The notes: a model not told the origin generated them from the sequence alone. Shown: positions 8,131-17,247, counted from the first letter of the stretch. The stretch is 64,000 bases of DNA from an uncultured Actinomycetota bacterium (GCA_963700925.1 OY969553.1:4444710-4508709); one strand, 5' to 3'. Numbers and translations: made by a program.

Positions 8131-8445
8131 TCACCCATCCGCCAGAAGTGCTCTCAGCTCTGCCTTGCGGGCGGACGGGATGTCCTGCCAGGAGCAGCCG
8201 AGGCGCAGCGCCTCGAGGCCCCACAGCGCGTTGAGGTTGACGCCTGGGCGACTGGCACGCAGTGCGCGGTACACGGAGACGGCCCCGTCGTCCGGTTCGA
8301 GCAGCCGGTCGAGCTGAGCTGCCGAACGGATGCCGATCGCGAGCAGCCACGGTGCCGTGCGCGGGCCGAAGCCCGGCAGCGCGGCGAGCTCGGCCAGCGC
8401 GGCGTCGTCGGACGCAGCCACGGACGCAGCCACGGTCTCAGCCAC
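8131..8445 (-). CDS. TfoX C-terminal-domain (HhH) protein
   Basis: Sequence: LAALPGFGPRTAPWLLAIGIRSAAQLDRL...VNLNALWGLEALRLGCSWQDIPSARKAEL. The GTG start lies 4 nt after the kamA stop. Confidence 0.6.
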   Translation of the reverse strand: MAETVAASVAASDDAALAELAALPGFGPRTAPWLLAIGIRSAAQLDRLLEPDDGAVSVYRALRASRPGVNLNALWGLEALRLGCSWQDIPSARKAELRALLADG

Positions 8446-8453
8446 GGTCTCAG
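8411..8453. repeat. 12-bp tandem repeat (about 3.6 copies) across the kamA stop / tfoX-like start
   Basis: Copies gacgcagccacg x2, then gtctcagccacg, then a partial gtctcag. On the minus strand each unit supplies an in-frame GTG. Confidence 0.85.
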
Positions 8454-9904
8454 GCGTCGGCGTGCTGCCGCCACCAGCGCTGGCCCTCGGCGGGCAGCGT
8501 GTCGATCGGGTCGTAGTAGGCGTACTCGGTCGAGGTGACGTCGACGTCGGCCGACTCGATCGACGTGCGGTAGTTCTTCGTCCACGTCGAGATGCCGCGC
8601 ACCGTGTCGTAGTCGTGGACCTGGTGCACCCACCGCTTGCCCACGAAGGGCACGTCGCACACGATGCGGGGCGTCGCGAAGCCTGGCAGGTAGCCCATCA
8701 GCGAGTGCTGCAGCTCCTGCGCGTGGCGCAGGGACACACGCCAGTGCTCGCTGAACGGAATCATGTCGCACATGTAGAAGTAGTACGGCGTGATCGACGA
8801 CTCGTCCTGCAGGCCGAAGCAGAGGTCGAGCAGCTGCTCGGTGGAGTCGTTGACTCCGCGCATCAGAACCCCCTGGTTGCGGACGTCGCGCACCCCGGCG
8901 TCGAGCATCGCCCGAGCGGCCTCGGCGACGAGCGGGGTGAGCGACTCGGCAGCGTTGACGTGCGTGTGGATGGCCAGCGAGACGCCCCGCTCCCGGGCGA
9001 CCTTCGAGACCCGTGCCACGCCCTCGACCACGTCGGGTGCGAGCCAGTGCTGGGGCAGGCCCATCAGCGCCTTGGTCGCCAGCCGGATGTCGCGGATGTT
9101 GTCGATCTCCATCATCCGCATCAGGAACGCCTCGAGGTTCTTCCAGGGCATGTTCGCGACGTCGCCACCGCTGACCACGACGTCTCGCACGGACGGGTTC
9201 TTCTGCAGGTAGGCGAGCATGGCGCCGTACCGGTCGACCGGCTTGAGATCGAACTTCAGCTTGGGCACGACGGGGGTCGAGTTGCCCACCAGGTCCATGC
9301 GCGTGCAGTGGCCGCAGTACTGCGGGCAGGTCGGCAGCAGCTCGGCCAGCACCTTGGTGGGGTACCGGTGGGTCAGGCCTTCGGCGACCCACATGTCGTG
9401 CTCGTGCAGGGAGTCGCGGGTGGCGTGCGGGTGGCTCGGCCAGTCCGTGCGGCGGTCGGAGAACACCGGGAGCATGTAGCGGCGCACCGGGTCGGCGAGG
9501 AACGCCTCGGTGAACGCCGCCCCGGCCGCGGGCATCACGCCGTCGTCGCCGGTGAACACGCCCGTCGCCGGCACCATCGTGTTGAGCATCTGCGGGGGCA
9601 GCAGCATCGACATCGTGGCCCGCTCTGCCTGGTCACGCTCGAGGTCGGCGTAGAACTCCTCGGTCAGCAGGTCGCCCATCAGGGCGCGCATCTGCTTGAT
9701 GTTCTTGAGGCAGTGGGCGCGCTGCCACTGCACGCTGCGCCACTCGTCGTCGGTGACGTCCTTCCAGCCCGGAATCCTGGTCCAGTCGGGCTCGACCAGG
9801 GGACGACGGCGGTACGAGTACGGCTGCGGCATCCGAGGGGCGTCGACGGCGTCGATCGCCCGGTCGGCGGGGCTGAGCTGCGTTGGCACGGCAATCTGGG
9901 TCAC
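8450..9904 (-). CDS. kamA: Lysine 2,3-aminomutase (radical SAM, KamA family)
   Basis: GTG start (complement of 9902-9904), 484 aa. CPQYCGHCTRM is a CxxxCxxC radical-SAM motif. KamA-like segments: SGGDVANMPWKNLE and LATKALMGLPQHW. Confidence 0.88.
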   Translation of the reverse strand: MTQIAVPTQLSPADRAIDAVDAPRMPQPYSYRRRPLVEPDWTRIPGWKDVTDDEWRSVQWQRAHCLKNIKQMRALMGDLLTEEFYADLERDQAERATMSMLLPPQMLNTMVPATGVFTGDDGVMPAAGAAFTEAFLADPVRRYMLPVFSDRRTDWPSHPHATRDSLHEHDMWVAEGLTHRYPTKVLAELLPTCPQYCGHCTRMDLVGNSTPVVPKLKFDLKPVDRYGAMLAYLQKNPSVRDVVVSGGDVANMPWKNLEAFLMRMMEIDNIRDIRLATKALMGLPQHWLAPDVVEGVARVSKVARERGVSLAIHTHVNAAESLTPLVAEAARAMLDAGVRDVRNQGVLMRGVNDSTEQLLDLCFGLQDESSITPYYFYMCDMIPFSEHWRVSLRHAQELQHSLMGYLPGFATPRIVCDVPFVGKRWVHQVHDYDTVRGISTWTKNYRTSIESADVDVTSTEYAYYDPIDTLPAEGQRWWRQHADA

Positions 9905-9978
9905 ACATGCGAGGATACGGGAGACTTTGCTGTGCTGTTGCCATTCCGCCGGAGAACTTCCCTGATCAGGAGGTCCAT

Positions 9979-11040
9979 GTGACCGACCGTCCCGCCTCGC
10001 CCGTCGGGTTGCACCGCGTCGTCGAGCCCGCCGGCGTGCTGCCACAGGCGGCCACGAGGCTCGACGCCCGGGCACCGCTGTGGCCCGACGAGGTGCGCGT
10101 CGACCTCGAGCGGCTGAACCTCGACGCCGCCAGCTACCGGCAGCTGGCTGGGGCACACACGGTCGACGGGGTGCTGGACGGTGAGGCGGTGCGCGCCGAG
10201 GTGCTGGCCATCGTCGCCGAGCGGGGCAAGATGCAGAACCCGGTCACCGGCTCGGGAGGCATGCTCGTCGGCACGGTTGCCGAGGTCGGGCCTGAGTCAC
10301 CGCTGGGCCTGGCAGTGGGGGACCGCGTCGCGACGCTGGTTTCGCTGTCCCTGACGCCGCTGGCCATCACCGACGACCTCGCAAACTGGGACGGCCGCAG
10401 CGAGCAGGCGCCCGCGTCCGGGCACGCGATCCTGTTCGGCCGCTCGATCGCCGCCGTGCTCCCCGACGACCTGGAGCCTGCCCTGTCGCTGGCGGTGATG
10501 GACGTCTGCGGCGCCCCCGCCCTGGTCGACCGGGTCGTGCGCAGGTACGTGGCAGAGGGCCGCTCGCCGTCCGTCGCCGTGATCGGCGGGGCGGGCAAGT
10601 CGGGTTCGATGTCGCTCGCCGCCGCCGGGCGCGCGGGTGCGTCGCGCACGGTTGGCATCGTTCCGTGGGAGCACGAGGCGGACCTGCTCACCGGCGCAAA
10701 GCTGGCCGACGTGGTCTCCCTCGCCGACGCCCGAGACCCGGTCGCCCTCTCCGACGCGGTGATGGGTGCGCTGGGGGGTCAGGCCGACGTGACCGTGGTC
10801 TGCGTCGACGTTCCCGGCTGCGAGCACGGTGCAGTGCTGGCGACAGCCGACGGCGGGACGGTGATCTTCTTCTCGATGGCCACGTCGTTCACGGCCGCCG
10901 CACTGGGCGCCGAGGGCCTGGCCGCCGACGTGACCATGCTCATCGGCAACGGCTACGTGCCCGGGCACGCCGATCTGGCCCTTCAGGTGCTGCGCGAGGT
11001 CCCGGGGGTGCGGGCGTTGTTCGAGCGCCGGCTGGACTGA
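9979..11040 (+). CDS. kdd: L-erythro-3,5-diaminohexanoate dehydrogenase
   Basis: GTG at 9979 sits 6 nt after CAGGAGG. The product is 353 aa. N-terminus GLHRVVEPAGVLPQAATRLD...EVRVDLERLNLDAASYRQL and a Rossmann motif VIGGAGKSG. The gene diverges from kamA. Confidence 0.75.
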   Translation: MTDRPASPVGLHRVVEPAGVLPQAATRLDARAPLWPDEVRVDLERLNLDAASYRQLAGAHTVDGVLDGEAVRAEVLAIVAERGKMQNPVTGSGGMLVGTVAEVGPESPLGLAVGDRVATLVSLSLTPLAITDDLANWDGRSEQAPASGHAILFGRSIAAVLPDDLEPALSLAVMDVCGAPALVDRVVRRYVAEGRSPSVAVIGGAGKSGSMSLAAAGRAGASRTVGIVPWEHEADLLTGAKLADVVSLADARDPVALSDAVMGALGGQADVTVVCVDVPGCEHGAVLATADGGTVIFFSMATSFTAAALGAEGLAADVTMLIGNGYVPGHADLALQVLREVPGVRALFERRLD

Positions 11041-11045
11041 CGCGC

Positions 11046-11122
11046 GGGCACAGGAGGGGGACAACAGGCCTGATGCGGTCGTGCACAGCCACGATGCGGG
11101 CCGTTGTCCCCCCGCTGTGCCC
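11046..11122 (+). terminator. 77-nt hairpin element (copy 2), likely kdd terminator
   Basis: GGGCACAGGAGGGGGACAAC (11046-11065) pairs with GTTGTCCCCCCGCTGTGCCC (11103-11122) at 18 of 20 positions. It starts 6 nt after the kdd stop. Its termini resemble the 6699-6782 element. Confidence 0.5.
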
Positions 11123-11161
11123 GCTGCTCGGAACGCGACGGGTGACCGGCAGACTGTCCGG

Positions 11162-12817
11162 GTGCCTGACCCCACCGCCCTGACGGCCGTCCGCACCACG
11201 CTGTACCGCGGCGGCAGCGTTTACAGCCCGGCCGACCCGTTCGCGACCGCGATGGTGGTCTCCGGCGACACGATCGCGTGGGTCGGGTCGGACGAGGCGG
11301 CGCGTGCGCAGGCCGGCGACGTCAATGAGGTCGTCGAGCTCGAGGGCGCCCTGGTGACACCGGCTTTCGTGGACGGGCACGTGCACGTCACCGACACCGG
11401 TCTGGCCCTGAACGGCGTGCGACTGACCGAGGCCCGGACGCTCGTCGAGGCCCTCGAGATGGTCGAGCGCGCCAGCCGCGCGGGCGCTGGCCGGCCGGTG
11501 ATCGGACACGGCTGGGACGAGACGACCTGGCCCGAGGGCCGGCCGCCCACGAGGGGCGAGCTCGATCGCGCATCGCACGGCGGAGTCGTCTACCTGTCCC
11601 GTGTCGACGTTCACTCTGCCGTGGTGTCGAGCGCCCTGGCGCAGGCATGCGGGCTGCGCGACCACGACGGCTGGGACGACTCCGGACGTGTCGAGCGCGA
11701 CGCCCATCACGTGGTGCGCCAGGCCACGCGGACGGACATGGACCCAGCGGTGCGTCGTGAGCTGCAGGCCGTCGCGCTGCGAGCGGCGGCCGCCGCCGGC
11801 ATCGCCACGCTGCACGAGATGGCCGCACCGCACATCGTCCCTCGCGCCGACACGGCGTCACTGACCGAGCTGGCCGCCGACCCGCTCGTGCCCGACGTGC
11901 TGACCTACCGGGGCGAGTACGCGCACGACGCCGAACAGGCCCGGTTGCTGGTCGCCGAGCTCGCCGCTGAGGGCGTCACCGTCGAGGGCCTTGCGGGCGA
12001 CCTCAACATCGACGGCTCGATCGGCTCTCGCACGGCAGCCTTCAGCACCCCGTACGCCGACGACGACCGCCACGACCACTGCGGCCACCTCTACCTTGAC
12101 CCCGAGCAGGTCGCCACTCACCTGGTGGCGTGCACGGAAGCCGGCGTGCAGGGGGGCTTCCACGTGATCGGGGACGTCGGGGTCGCAGCCGCCGTCGACG
12201 GTCTGCGGCTGGCCGCCGAGCGGCTCGGCACCGGTCGACTACGGGCAGCGCGGCACCGGCTCGAGCACGTCGAGGGCGCCGGCCCCGAGCACGCGGCCGT
12301 CCTCGCCGACCTGGGAGTGGCAGCCAGCATGCAGCCCGTGTTCGACGCCGCCTGGGGTGGTGACGACTCGCTCTACGTGCTGCGCCTTGGCGTCGAGATG
12401 GGCCAGACGCTGAACCAGATCGGGTCGATGGCCGCCGCGGGTGTCGTGCTGGCGTTCGGCTCCGACTCGCCGGTGACGCCCTTCGACCCCTGGGGAGCGG
12501 TGCGCGCCGCGGCATTCCACCACGATGCGCGCCAGCGCATCAGCGCCCGCGCGGCGTTCGCTGCGCACACGCGTGGAGCGCATCGAGCAGCCCGGCGCGA
12601 CGGTGGCGGCGTGCTGACGCTGGGAGCGCCCGCGACGTTCGCCATCTGGGAGCCGACCGAGCTGGTCGTGCAGGCACCCGACGCGCGGGTGGCGGCGTGG
12701 AGCACCGACGAGCGGTCCGGCACACCTGGGCTGCCCGATCTCAGCCCGGGTGCACCGCACCCCGTGTGCCGTCGCACTGTCCTGAGAGGGCGCGCGATCT
12801 TCGCCGCGGGGGAGTAG
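11162..12817 (+). CDS. Amidohydrolase family protein (YtcJ-like, Amidohydro_3)
   Basis: Sequence: TLYRGGSVYSP...VSGDTIAWVG...LVTPAFVDGHVHV (HxH)...GSDSPVTPFDPW. The start is uncertain (GTG 11162 or ATG 11081). Confidence 0.75.
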   Translation: MPDPTALTAVRTTLYRGGSVYSPADPFATAMVVSGDTIAWVGSDEAARAQAGDVNEVVELEGALVTPAFVDGHVHVTDTGLALNGVRLTEARTLVEALEMVERASRAGAGRPVIGHGWDETTWPEGRPPTRGELDRASHGGVVYLSRVDVHSAVVSSALAQACGLRDHDGWDDSGRVERDAHHVVRQATRTDMDPAVRRELQAVALRAAAAAGIATLHEMAAPHIVPRADTASLTELAADPLVPDVLTYRGEYAHDAEQARLLVAELAAEGVTVEGLAGDLNIDGSIGSRTAAFSTPYADDDRHDHCGHLYLDPEQVATHLVACTEAGVQGGFHVIGDVGVAAAVDGLRLAAERLGTGRLRAARHRLEHVEGAGPEHAAVLADLGVAASMQPVFDAAWGGDDSLYVLRLGVEMGQTLNQIGSMAAAGVVLAFGSDSPVTPFDPWGAVRAAAFHHDARQRISARAAFAAHTRGAHRAARRDGGGVLTLGAPATFAIWEPTELVVQAPDARVAAWSTDERSGTPGLPDLSPGAPHPVCRRTVLRGRAIFAAGE

Positions 12818-12832
12818 CCGACCCGAGCGACC

Positions 12833-13597
12833 TCAGTCGAGGTGGCGCGAGATGCCGGGGATGCGGCGCACCAGGCCGTCCAGCGACCGCTGGGATCGCT
12901 CGGGCTCACCCTCCGCCATCAGGTTGACCAGGCCCTGGTCGCCAGCGGCCGCCCCGACCGGGATCCCGTTGAGCAGGAGCTGGATTCGACCGGGAACGGC
13001 GGCCAGGATCTCGGCCGGCGTGAAGGTGCCGTAGTCCGCCGCGATCAGGCGGAGCCGGTGGGCAGCCAACCACTCATCCATGGAACGCCACAGCGGCACG
13101 CCGTTCCAGGCGACGAAAGCGATCTCCATCAGGGGCGTCGACGGTCCGGCGAAGTCCCAGTCGAAGACGCCGACGAGATCGTCGCCGTCGAAGCAGACGT
13201 TGTACGAGGCGATGTCGTTGTGGCCGATCAGCGTCGGATTCTCGACCGGAAAGAACCGCCACGGTCCGTCGGGCGCAAGGCCGGCAACTGCCTGGTGGAA
13301 CGTTCGCGTCCACCGCACCAACGAGGAGAGCTGCGCCTCCGTCAGCACCTCGGTGTCGATGTCGACGACCCGGCCGGGCAGGTACGTGAGCACCTCGCGT
13401 CCGCGCTCGTCGAACCCGAGCACCTCGGGCACGTGGGGAACACGCGGCCGGAGGTATTCGAGCAACCGGTGGACAGCAGGAGTCCACGGGCCAGTGGCCC
13501 GCCGAACGGTGTCGCCGACGCGCCAGGCACCACCGACGTTGCCCCCTGCGAGCCGCTCGCCCTCCTCGTCCGGCATCGCCGGAGCCGCATCGTGCAT
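12833..13597 (-). CDS. Phosphotransferase (APH/choline-kinase-like) family protein
   Basis: Catalytic-loop motifs LIGHNDIASYNVCF and VGVFDWDFAG. Confidence 0.7.
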   Translation of the reverse strand: MHDAAPAMPDEEGERLAGGNVGGAWRVGDTVRRATGPWTPAVHRLLEYLRPRVPHVPEVLGFDERGREVLTYLPGRVVDIDTEVLTEAQLSSLVRWTRTFHQAVAGLAPDGPWRFFPVENPTLIGHNDIASYNVCFDGDDLVGVFDWDFAGPSTPLMEIAFVAWNGVPLWRSMDEWLAAHRLRLIAADYGTFTPAEILAAVPGRIQLLLNGIPVGAAAGDQGLVNLMAEGEPERSQRSLDGLVRRIPGISRHLD

Positions 13598-13606
13598 TCC
13601 CAGGCG

Positions 13607-14281
13607 TCAGCCGGTCGGGGACTGGTGGTCGTTGTAGCGGTTCGCCGGCACCTGGCCGCTCATCCGCTCGACCTGCGCCATCACCAGGTCGGTGAGTTGC
13701 CGCCGCTTCTGCCCCGAGCTGCTCAGGTGCGCCACCGCGTCCACCCCGATCGGCTCGCCGAACTCGACCCTGAGCTTGCGCGGACGCGGGAACTTGGAGT
13801 CGACCGGCTGCACGCGGTCGGTCCCGAGCACCGCCACCGGCACGATCGGGGCGCCGGTCTCCAGGGCCAGCCACGCCACTCCGGTGCGGCCTCGGTAGAG
13901 CCGGCCGTCGCGCGAGCGCGTGCCCTCCGGGTAGATGCCGAACGCCTCGCCGCGGTGGAGCACCTCCGTGGCCAGCGTCAGGGCGGCGTGCGCGTCCGCG
14001 TGCGACCCGCGAGGCACTGGCACGGCACCCACGGCGTTGAAGAAGAACCGGTTCCACGCGCCGCTGAGCCCCGTCCCGACGAAGTAGTCGCTCTTGGCCA
14101 GGAAGCGCACCCGGCGCGGCACACCGATGGGGATGACGACGCTGTCGAGGAAGGAGAGGTGGTTGCTCGCCAGGATGACCGGGCCGCTCTTGGGGATGTG
14201 GCCCCGTCCCCGCACCGACATGCGGCACCACACCTTCAGCAGCGCCATCGTCACCAGGCGCACGGCCTTGTACGTCAGCAT
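13607..14281 (-). CDS. 1-acyl-sn-glycerol-3-phosphate acyltransferase
   Basis: Motifs SNHLSFLD (NHxxxxD) and FGIYPEGTRS. ATG at 14281 is preceded by GAGGA. An alternative ATG lies at 14341. Confidence 0.85.
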   Translation of the reverse strand: MLTYKAVRLVTMALLKVWCRMSVRGRGHIPKSGPVILASNHLSFLDSVVIPIGVPRRVRFLAKSDYFVGTGLSGAWNRFFFNAVGAVPVPRGSHADAHAALTLATEVLHRGEAFGIYPEGTRSRDGRLYRGRTGVAWLALETGAPIVPVAVLGTDRVQPVDSKFPRPRKLRVEFGEPIGVDAVAHLSSSGQKRRQLTDLVMAQVERMSGQVPANRYNDHQSPTG

Positions 14282-14383
14282 GTCCTCACGCGCCCGAACG
14301 CTACTACTGACGCCTCGGATCCCGTTGCGGCCGTAAGACATCCCGCTAATCGCGTTCTGGACGGGAGATCCTCCCTCCGCTGA

Positions 14384-14389
14384 TAGCAT
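14384..14389 (+). promoter_or_regulatory. Candidate -10 hexamer (TAGCAT) for leaderless kamD
   Basis: TAnnnT hexamer with 7 nt to the kamD ATG (14397). No Shine-Dalgarno sequence is present. Confidence 0.3.
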
Positions 14390-14396
14390 CGGCCGC

Positions 14397-16001
14397 ATGT
14401 CCTCGCTCAGCAGCTCGACCCGTGCGGCGCGTCGTCCGGGCCCGCAGCTCGAGCTCGACCCCGCAACCGTCCGCGCCGCCCGACGCCTGGCCCGCAAGGC
14501 CACCCAGCCGGTCGTGACGATGGCGCGCACCCACACCACCGTGTCCGTCGAGCGCGCCGTCCTGAGGATGGCGGGCCTTGCCGGAGCGGACGCCGAGCGC
14601 GTCCCGTGGGTCAACCACCTCGTCGACGCCGTCCGCGGCCAGGCGGGCCTCGAGCACGGCATCGCGCTGCCGGTCTGGGACGCCCTCGCCCGCGGCGAGG
14701 CACCCGACCTGCTCACCCTGGCGCAGAAGGCGTCGAGCGGCGCCGTCGACTTCCGGGTGCCCGAGGGTCGCGACGCCGTCCGCATCGGGCGAACCGCCCG
14801 GTCGGCAGTGGCGACCGGCATCCGCCGCATCGACCGTGCGCGAGCCGCTCGCGAGCGCCTGGTCACCCGGCACGGCGACCCGGCCCAGCGTCCGTGGATC
14901 TACCTGATCGTCGCCACCGGCGACATCTACGAGGACATCCCCCAGGCGCAGGCGGCCGCACGCGAGGGCGCCGACGTGATCGCGGTGATCCGGTCGACCG
15001 GCCAGAGCCTGCTCGACTACGTGCCGGAGGGCGCGACCCGAGAGGGCTACGCCGGCACGTACGCCACGCAGGAGAACTTCCGGCTGATGCGTGCCGCCCT
15101 CGACGACGTCTCCAAGGAGGTCGGACGCTACGTGCGCCTGACCAACTACGCGTCGGGCCTGTGCATGCCCGAGATCGCCACGCTGGCAGGGCTCGAGCGG
15201 CTCGACATGATGCTCAACGACTCGATGTACGGGATCCTCTTCCGCGACATCAACCCGGTGCGCACGTTCGTCGACCAGCGCTTCAGCCGCCAGGTGCATG
15301 CCCGCGCGGGCATCATCATCAACACCGGCGAGGACAACTACCTCACGACGGCGGACGCGGTCGACGCAGCGCACACGGTGACGGTCTCGCAGCTGCTGAA
15401 CGAGGCCTTCGCCAAGGAGGCCGGACTCGAGGACTGGCAGCTGGGCCTCGGCCACGCGTTCGAGATCAACCCCGACCTGCCCGAGTCGTTCCGGCTCGAG
15501 CTCGCGCACGCGCTCCTGGCGCGGCAGCTCTTCCCGGACGCTCCGCTGAAGTGGATGCCGCCGACGAAGCACATGACCGGCGACGTCTTCAGGGGCTACC
15601 TGCTCGACGGGTTCTTCAACCTCGTCGGGGCCATGACCGGACAGGGGATCCTGCTGGTCGGCATGATGACCGAGGCTGTCGTCACCCCGTGGATCTCGGA
15701 CCGCGACCTGGCCCTGCAGAACGTGCGCTACGTGATGAACGCGGCCGGCGGGCTGACGGAGGACTTCCGTCCGCCACCCGACGGCTTCATCGCCGGACGG
15801 GCGCGCCAGGTGCTGGGCGAGGCGGTCGACCTGCTCGAGGCGATCGTCGACGACGGGCTGCTGGACGCGATCGGCGACGGCACCTTCGGCTTGATGAAAC
15901 GCCCGGCCGACCGGGGCAAGGGCCTGGAGGGTGTGGTGAAACGGGCCGACGGCTACCTGAATCCGGCCGTCGACCTGCTCGAGGAGGGGGCGACGAAGTG
16001 A
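14397..16001 (+). CDS. kamD: Lysine 5,6-aminomutase alpha subunit
   Basis: 534 aa. Sequence: IYLIVATGDIYEDIPQAQAAAREGADVIAVIRSTGQSLLDYVPEGATREGYAGTYATQENFRLMRAALD, the hallmark of the KamD TIM barrel. Confidence 0.88.
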   Translation: MSSLSSSTRAARRPGPQLELDPATVRAARRLARKATQPVVTMARTHTTVSVERAVLRMAGLAGADAERVPWVNHLVDAVRGQAGLEHGIALPVWDALARGEAPDLLTLAQKASSGAVDFRVPEGRDAVRIGRTARSAVATGIRRIDRARAARERLVTRHGDPAQRPWIYLIVATGDIYEDIPQAQAAAREGADVIAVIRSTGQSLLDYVPEGATREGYAGTYATQENFRLMRAALDDVSKEVGRYVRLTNYASGLCMPEIATLAGLERLDMMLNDSMYGILFRDINPVRTFVDQRFSRQVHARAGIIINTGEDNYLTTADAVDAAHTVTVSQLLNEAFAKEAGLEDWQLGLGHAFEINPDLPESFRLELAHALLARQLFPDAPLKWMPPTKHMTGDVFRGYLLDGFFNLVGAMTGQGILLVGMMTEAVVTPWISDRDLALQNVRYVMNAAGGLTEDFRPPPDGFIAGRARQVLGEAVDLLEAIVDDGLLDAIGDGTFGLMKRPADRGKGLEGVVKRADGYLNPAVDLLEEGATK

Positions 16002-16828
16002 CCGCCAAGCAGATCGTCGCGGACGAGCAGGCAGTCGTTGCACCGGGTCACGTGGTGCGGCCGTACGGCGACACCACGGGCGACGGCATGGTGCAGGTCT
16101 CGTTCACGCTGCCGCTCCCGCACGACAAGCGGGCCGAGGGCGCGGCGGCTCAGCTCGCCGCCAAGATGGGGATCGAGCCCGCACTGGTCGTGCACGCGAA
16201 GGCGATCGGTCCCGACTTCACGTTCTTCGTCGTCTACGGCCCGGTGCGGCACCTGGTCGACGTGTCGGCGGTGCAGGTGATCGAGCGCGAGTTCCCGCTG
16301 CTCACCGCCAAGGAGGTGAACGCCGCGATCAAGCGGAGGCTGCGACGCAAGCTCGTGGTCGTCGGCGCGTGCATCGGCACCGACGCGCACACGGTCGGCA
16401 TCGACGCGATCCTCAACATCAAGGGCTTCGCCGGCGAGAAGGGCCTGGAGTACTACCGCGAGATCACCGTCGTGAACCTCGGCGCGCAGGTGCTCGTCCC
16501 GGAGCTGGTCGAGCAGGCTCGCGAGGCCAAGGCGGACGCGGTGCTGGTCTCGCAGGTCGTCACACAGCGAGACGCGCACCTGCACAACACGCGTGAGATG
16601 TCAGCGGCGTTCCGCGAGGCCTACGAGGAGGGCACCGCCCCGCACCTCGTGGTCGGCGGCCCACGGTTCGACGAGCAGGCAACGCGCGAGCTGGGAGTCG
16701 ACCGCATCTTCGGAAAGGGCACCACGCCGGGCGAGGTCGCCTCGTACCTCGTCCACGCGTTGCTGCCCGATCGCCCCGCCGCCGGCGCCACACGGCGCGA
16801 CGACGAGCCACTTCGGAGGCCGGCATGA
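15998..16828 (+). CDS. kamE: Lysine 5,6-aminomutase beta subunit (B12-binding)
   Basis: GTGA overlap with kamD. These are the last 276 codons of the 740-aa ORF. The DxHxxG cobalamin motif is present (GTDAHTVGIDAI). Confidence 0.88.
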   Translation: MTAKQIVADEQAVVAPGHVVRPYGDTTGDGMVQVSFTLPLPHDKRAEGAAAQLAAKMGIEPALVVHAKAIGPDFTFFVVYGPVRHLVDVSAVQVIEREFPLLTAKEVNAAIKRRLRRKLVVVGACIGTDAHTVGIDAILNIKGFAGEKGLEYYREITVVNLGAQVLVPELVEQAREAKADAVLVSQVVTQRDAHLHNTREMSAAFREAYEEGTAPHLVVGGPRFDEQATRELGVDRIFGKGTTPGEVASYLVHALLPDRPAAGATRRDDEPLRRPA

Positions 16829-17247
16829 CCGACCCGAGCACCGACCCGGCTGCCGTCCCCACCACTGACCCAAGGGTCGGGCTGACGGTCGTGCACCGAC
16901 GCTACGTGCCGTACAGCCACGCCCACTACGCGGGCGACCTCGTCGACGGGGCCTACAGCCTGGCCTGCTTCGGCGACGTCGCGACCGAGGTCTGCATCCG
17001 CACCGACGGCGACGAGGGCCTGTTCGCGGGCTACGCGGACGTGCGGTTCCTCGCTCCGGTGCGGGCGGGTGACGTACTGGAGATCGAGGCGGTGGTGACG
17101 CGCGTCGGACGGCGCAGCCGCGAGCTCGCGCTGACTGCTCGGGTCGTGTGCCGTGGCAACCCCGAGCGCGCCGCGTCGGCGGCCGACGTCCTCGACCCGC
17201 CGATCGTCGCGACCACCGCGACCGGCACGGTGGTCGTTCCCGGCTGA
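16825..17247 (+). CDS. kal: Hotdog-fold protein, probable 3-aminobutyryl-CoA ammonia-lyase
   Basis: ATGA overlap with kamE. The product is 140 aa. Size, hotdog-like sequence (AGYADVRFLAPVRAGDVLEIEAVV) and position downstream of kamDE fit Kal. Confidence 0.6.
   Translation: MTDPSTDPAAVPTTDPRVGLTVVHRRYVPYSHAHYAGDLVDGAYSLACFGDVATEVCIRTDGDEGLFAGYADVRFLAPVRAGDVLEIEAVVTRVGRRSRELALTARVVCRGNPERAASAADVLDPPIVATTATGTVVVPG

Noticed and set aside
14282-14396. A cobalamin or lysine riboswitch upstream of the B12-dependent kamDE genes.
   Set aside because: The spacer is only about 55-115 nt and has no B12 box or L-box features. A TAnnnT hexamer 7 nt before the ATG suggests a leaderless mRNA instead.
14606-16828. 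The 740-aa ORF as a giant fusion protein, and likewise the 583-aa ORF at 5654-7405 and the 732-aa ORF at 26912-29110.
   Set aside because: Only the C-terminal portions (kamE, 276 aa; exonuclease, 332 aa; acyl-CoA ligase, 609 aa) show family motifs and sensible starts with Shine-Dalgarno sequences or coupling. The upstream extensions are out-of-frame read-through of neighbouring genes or spacers.
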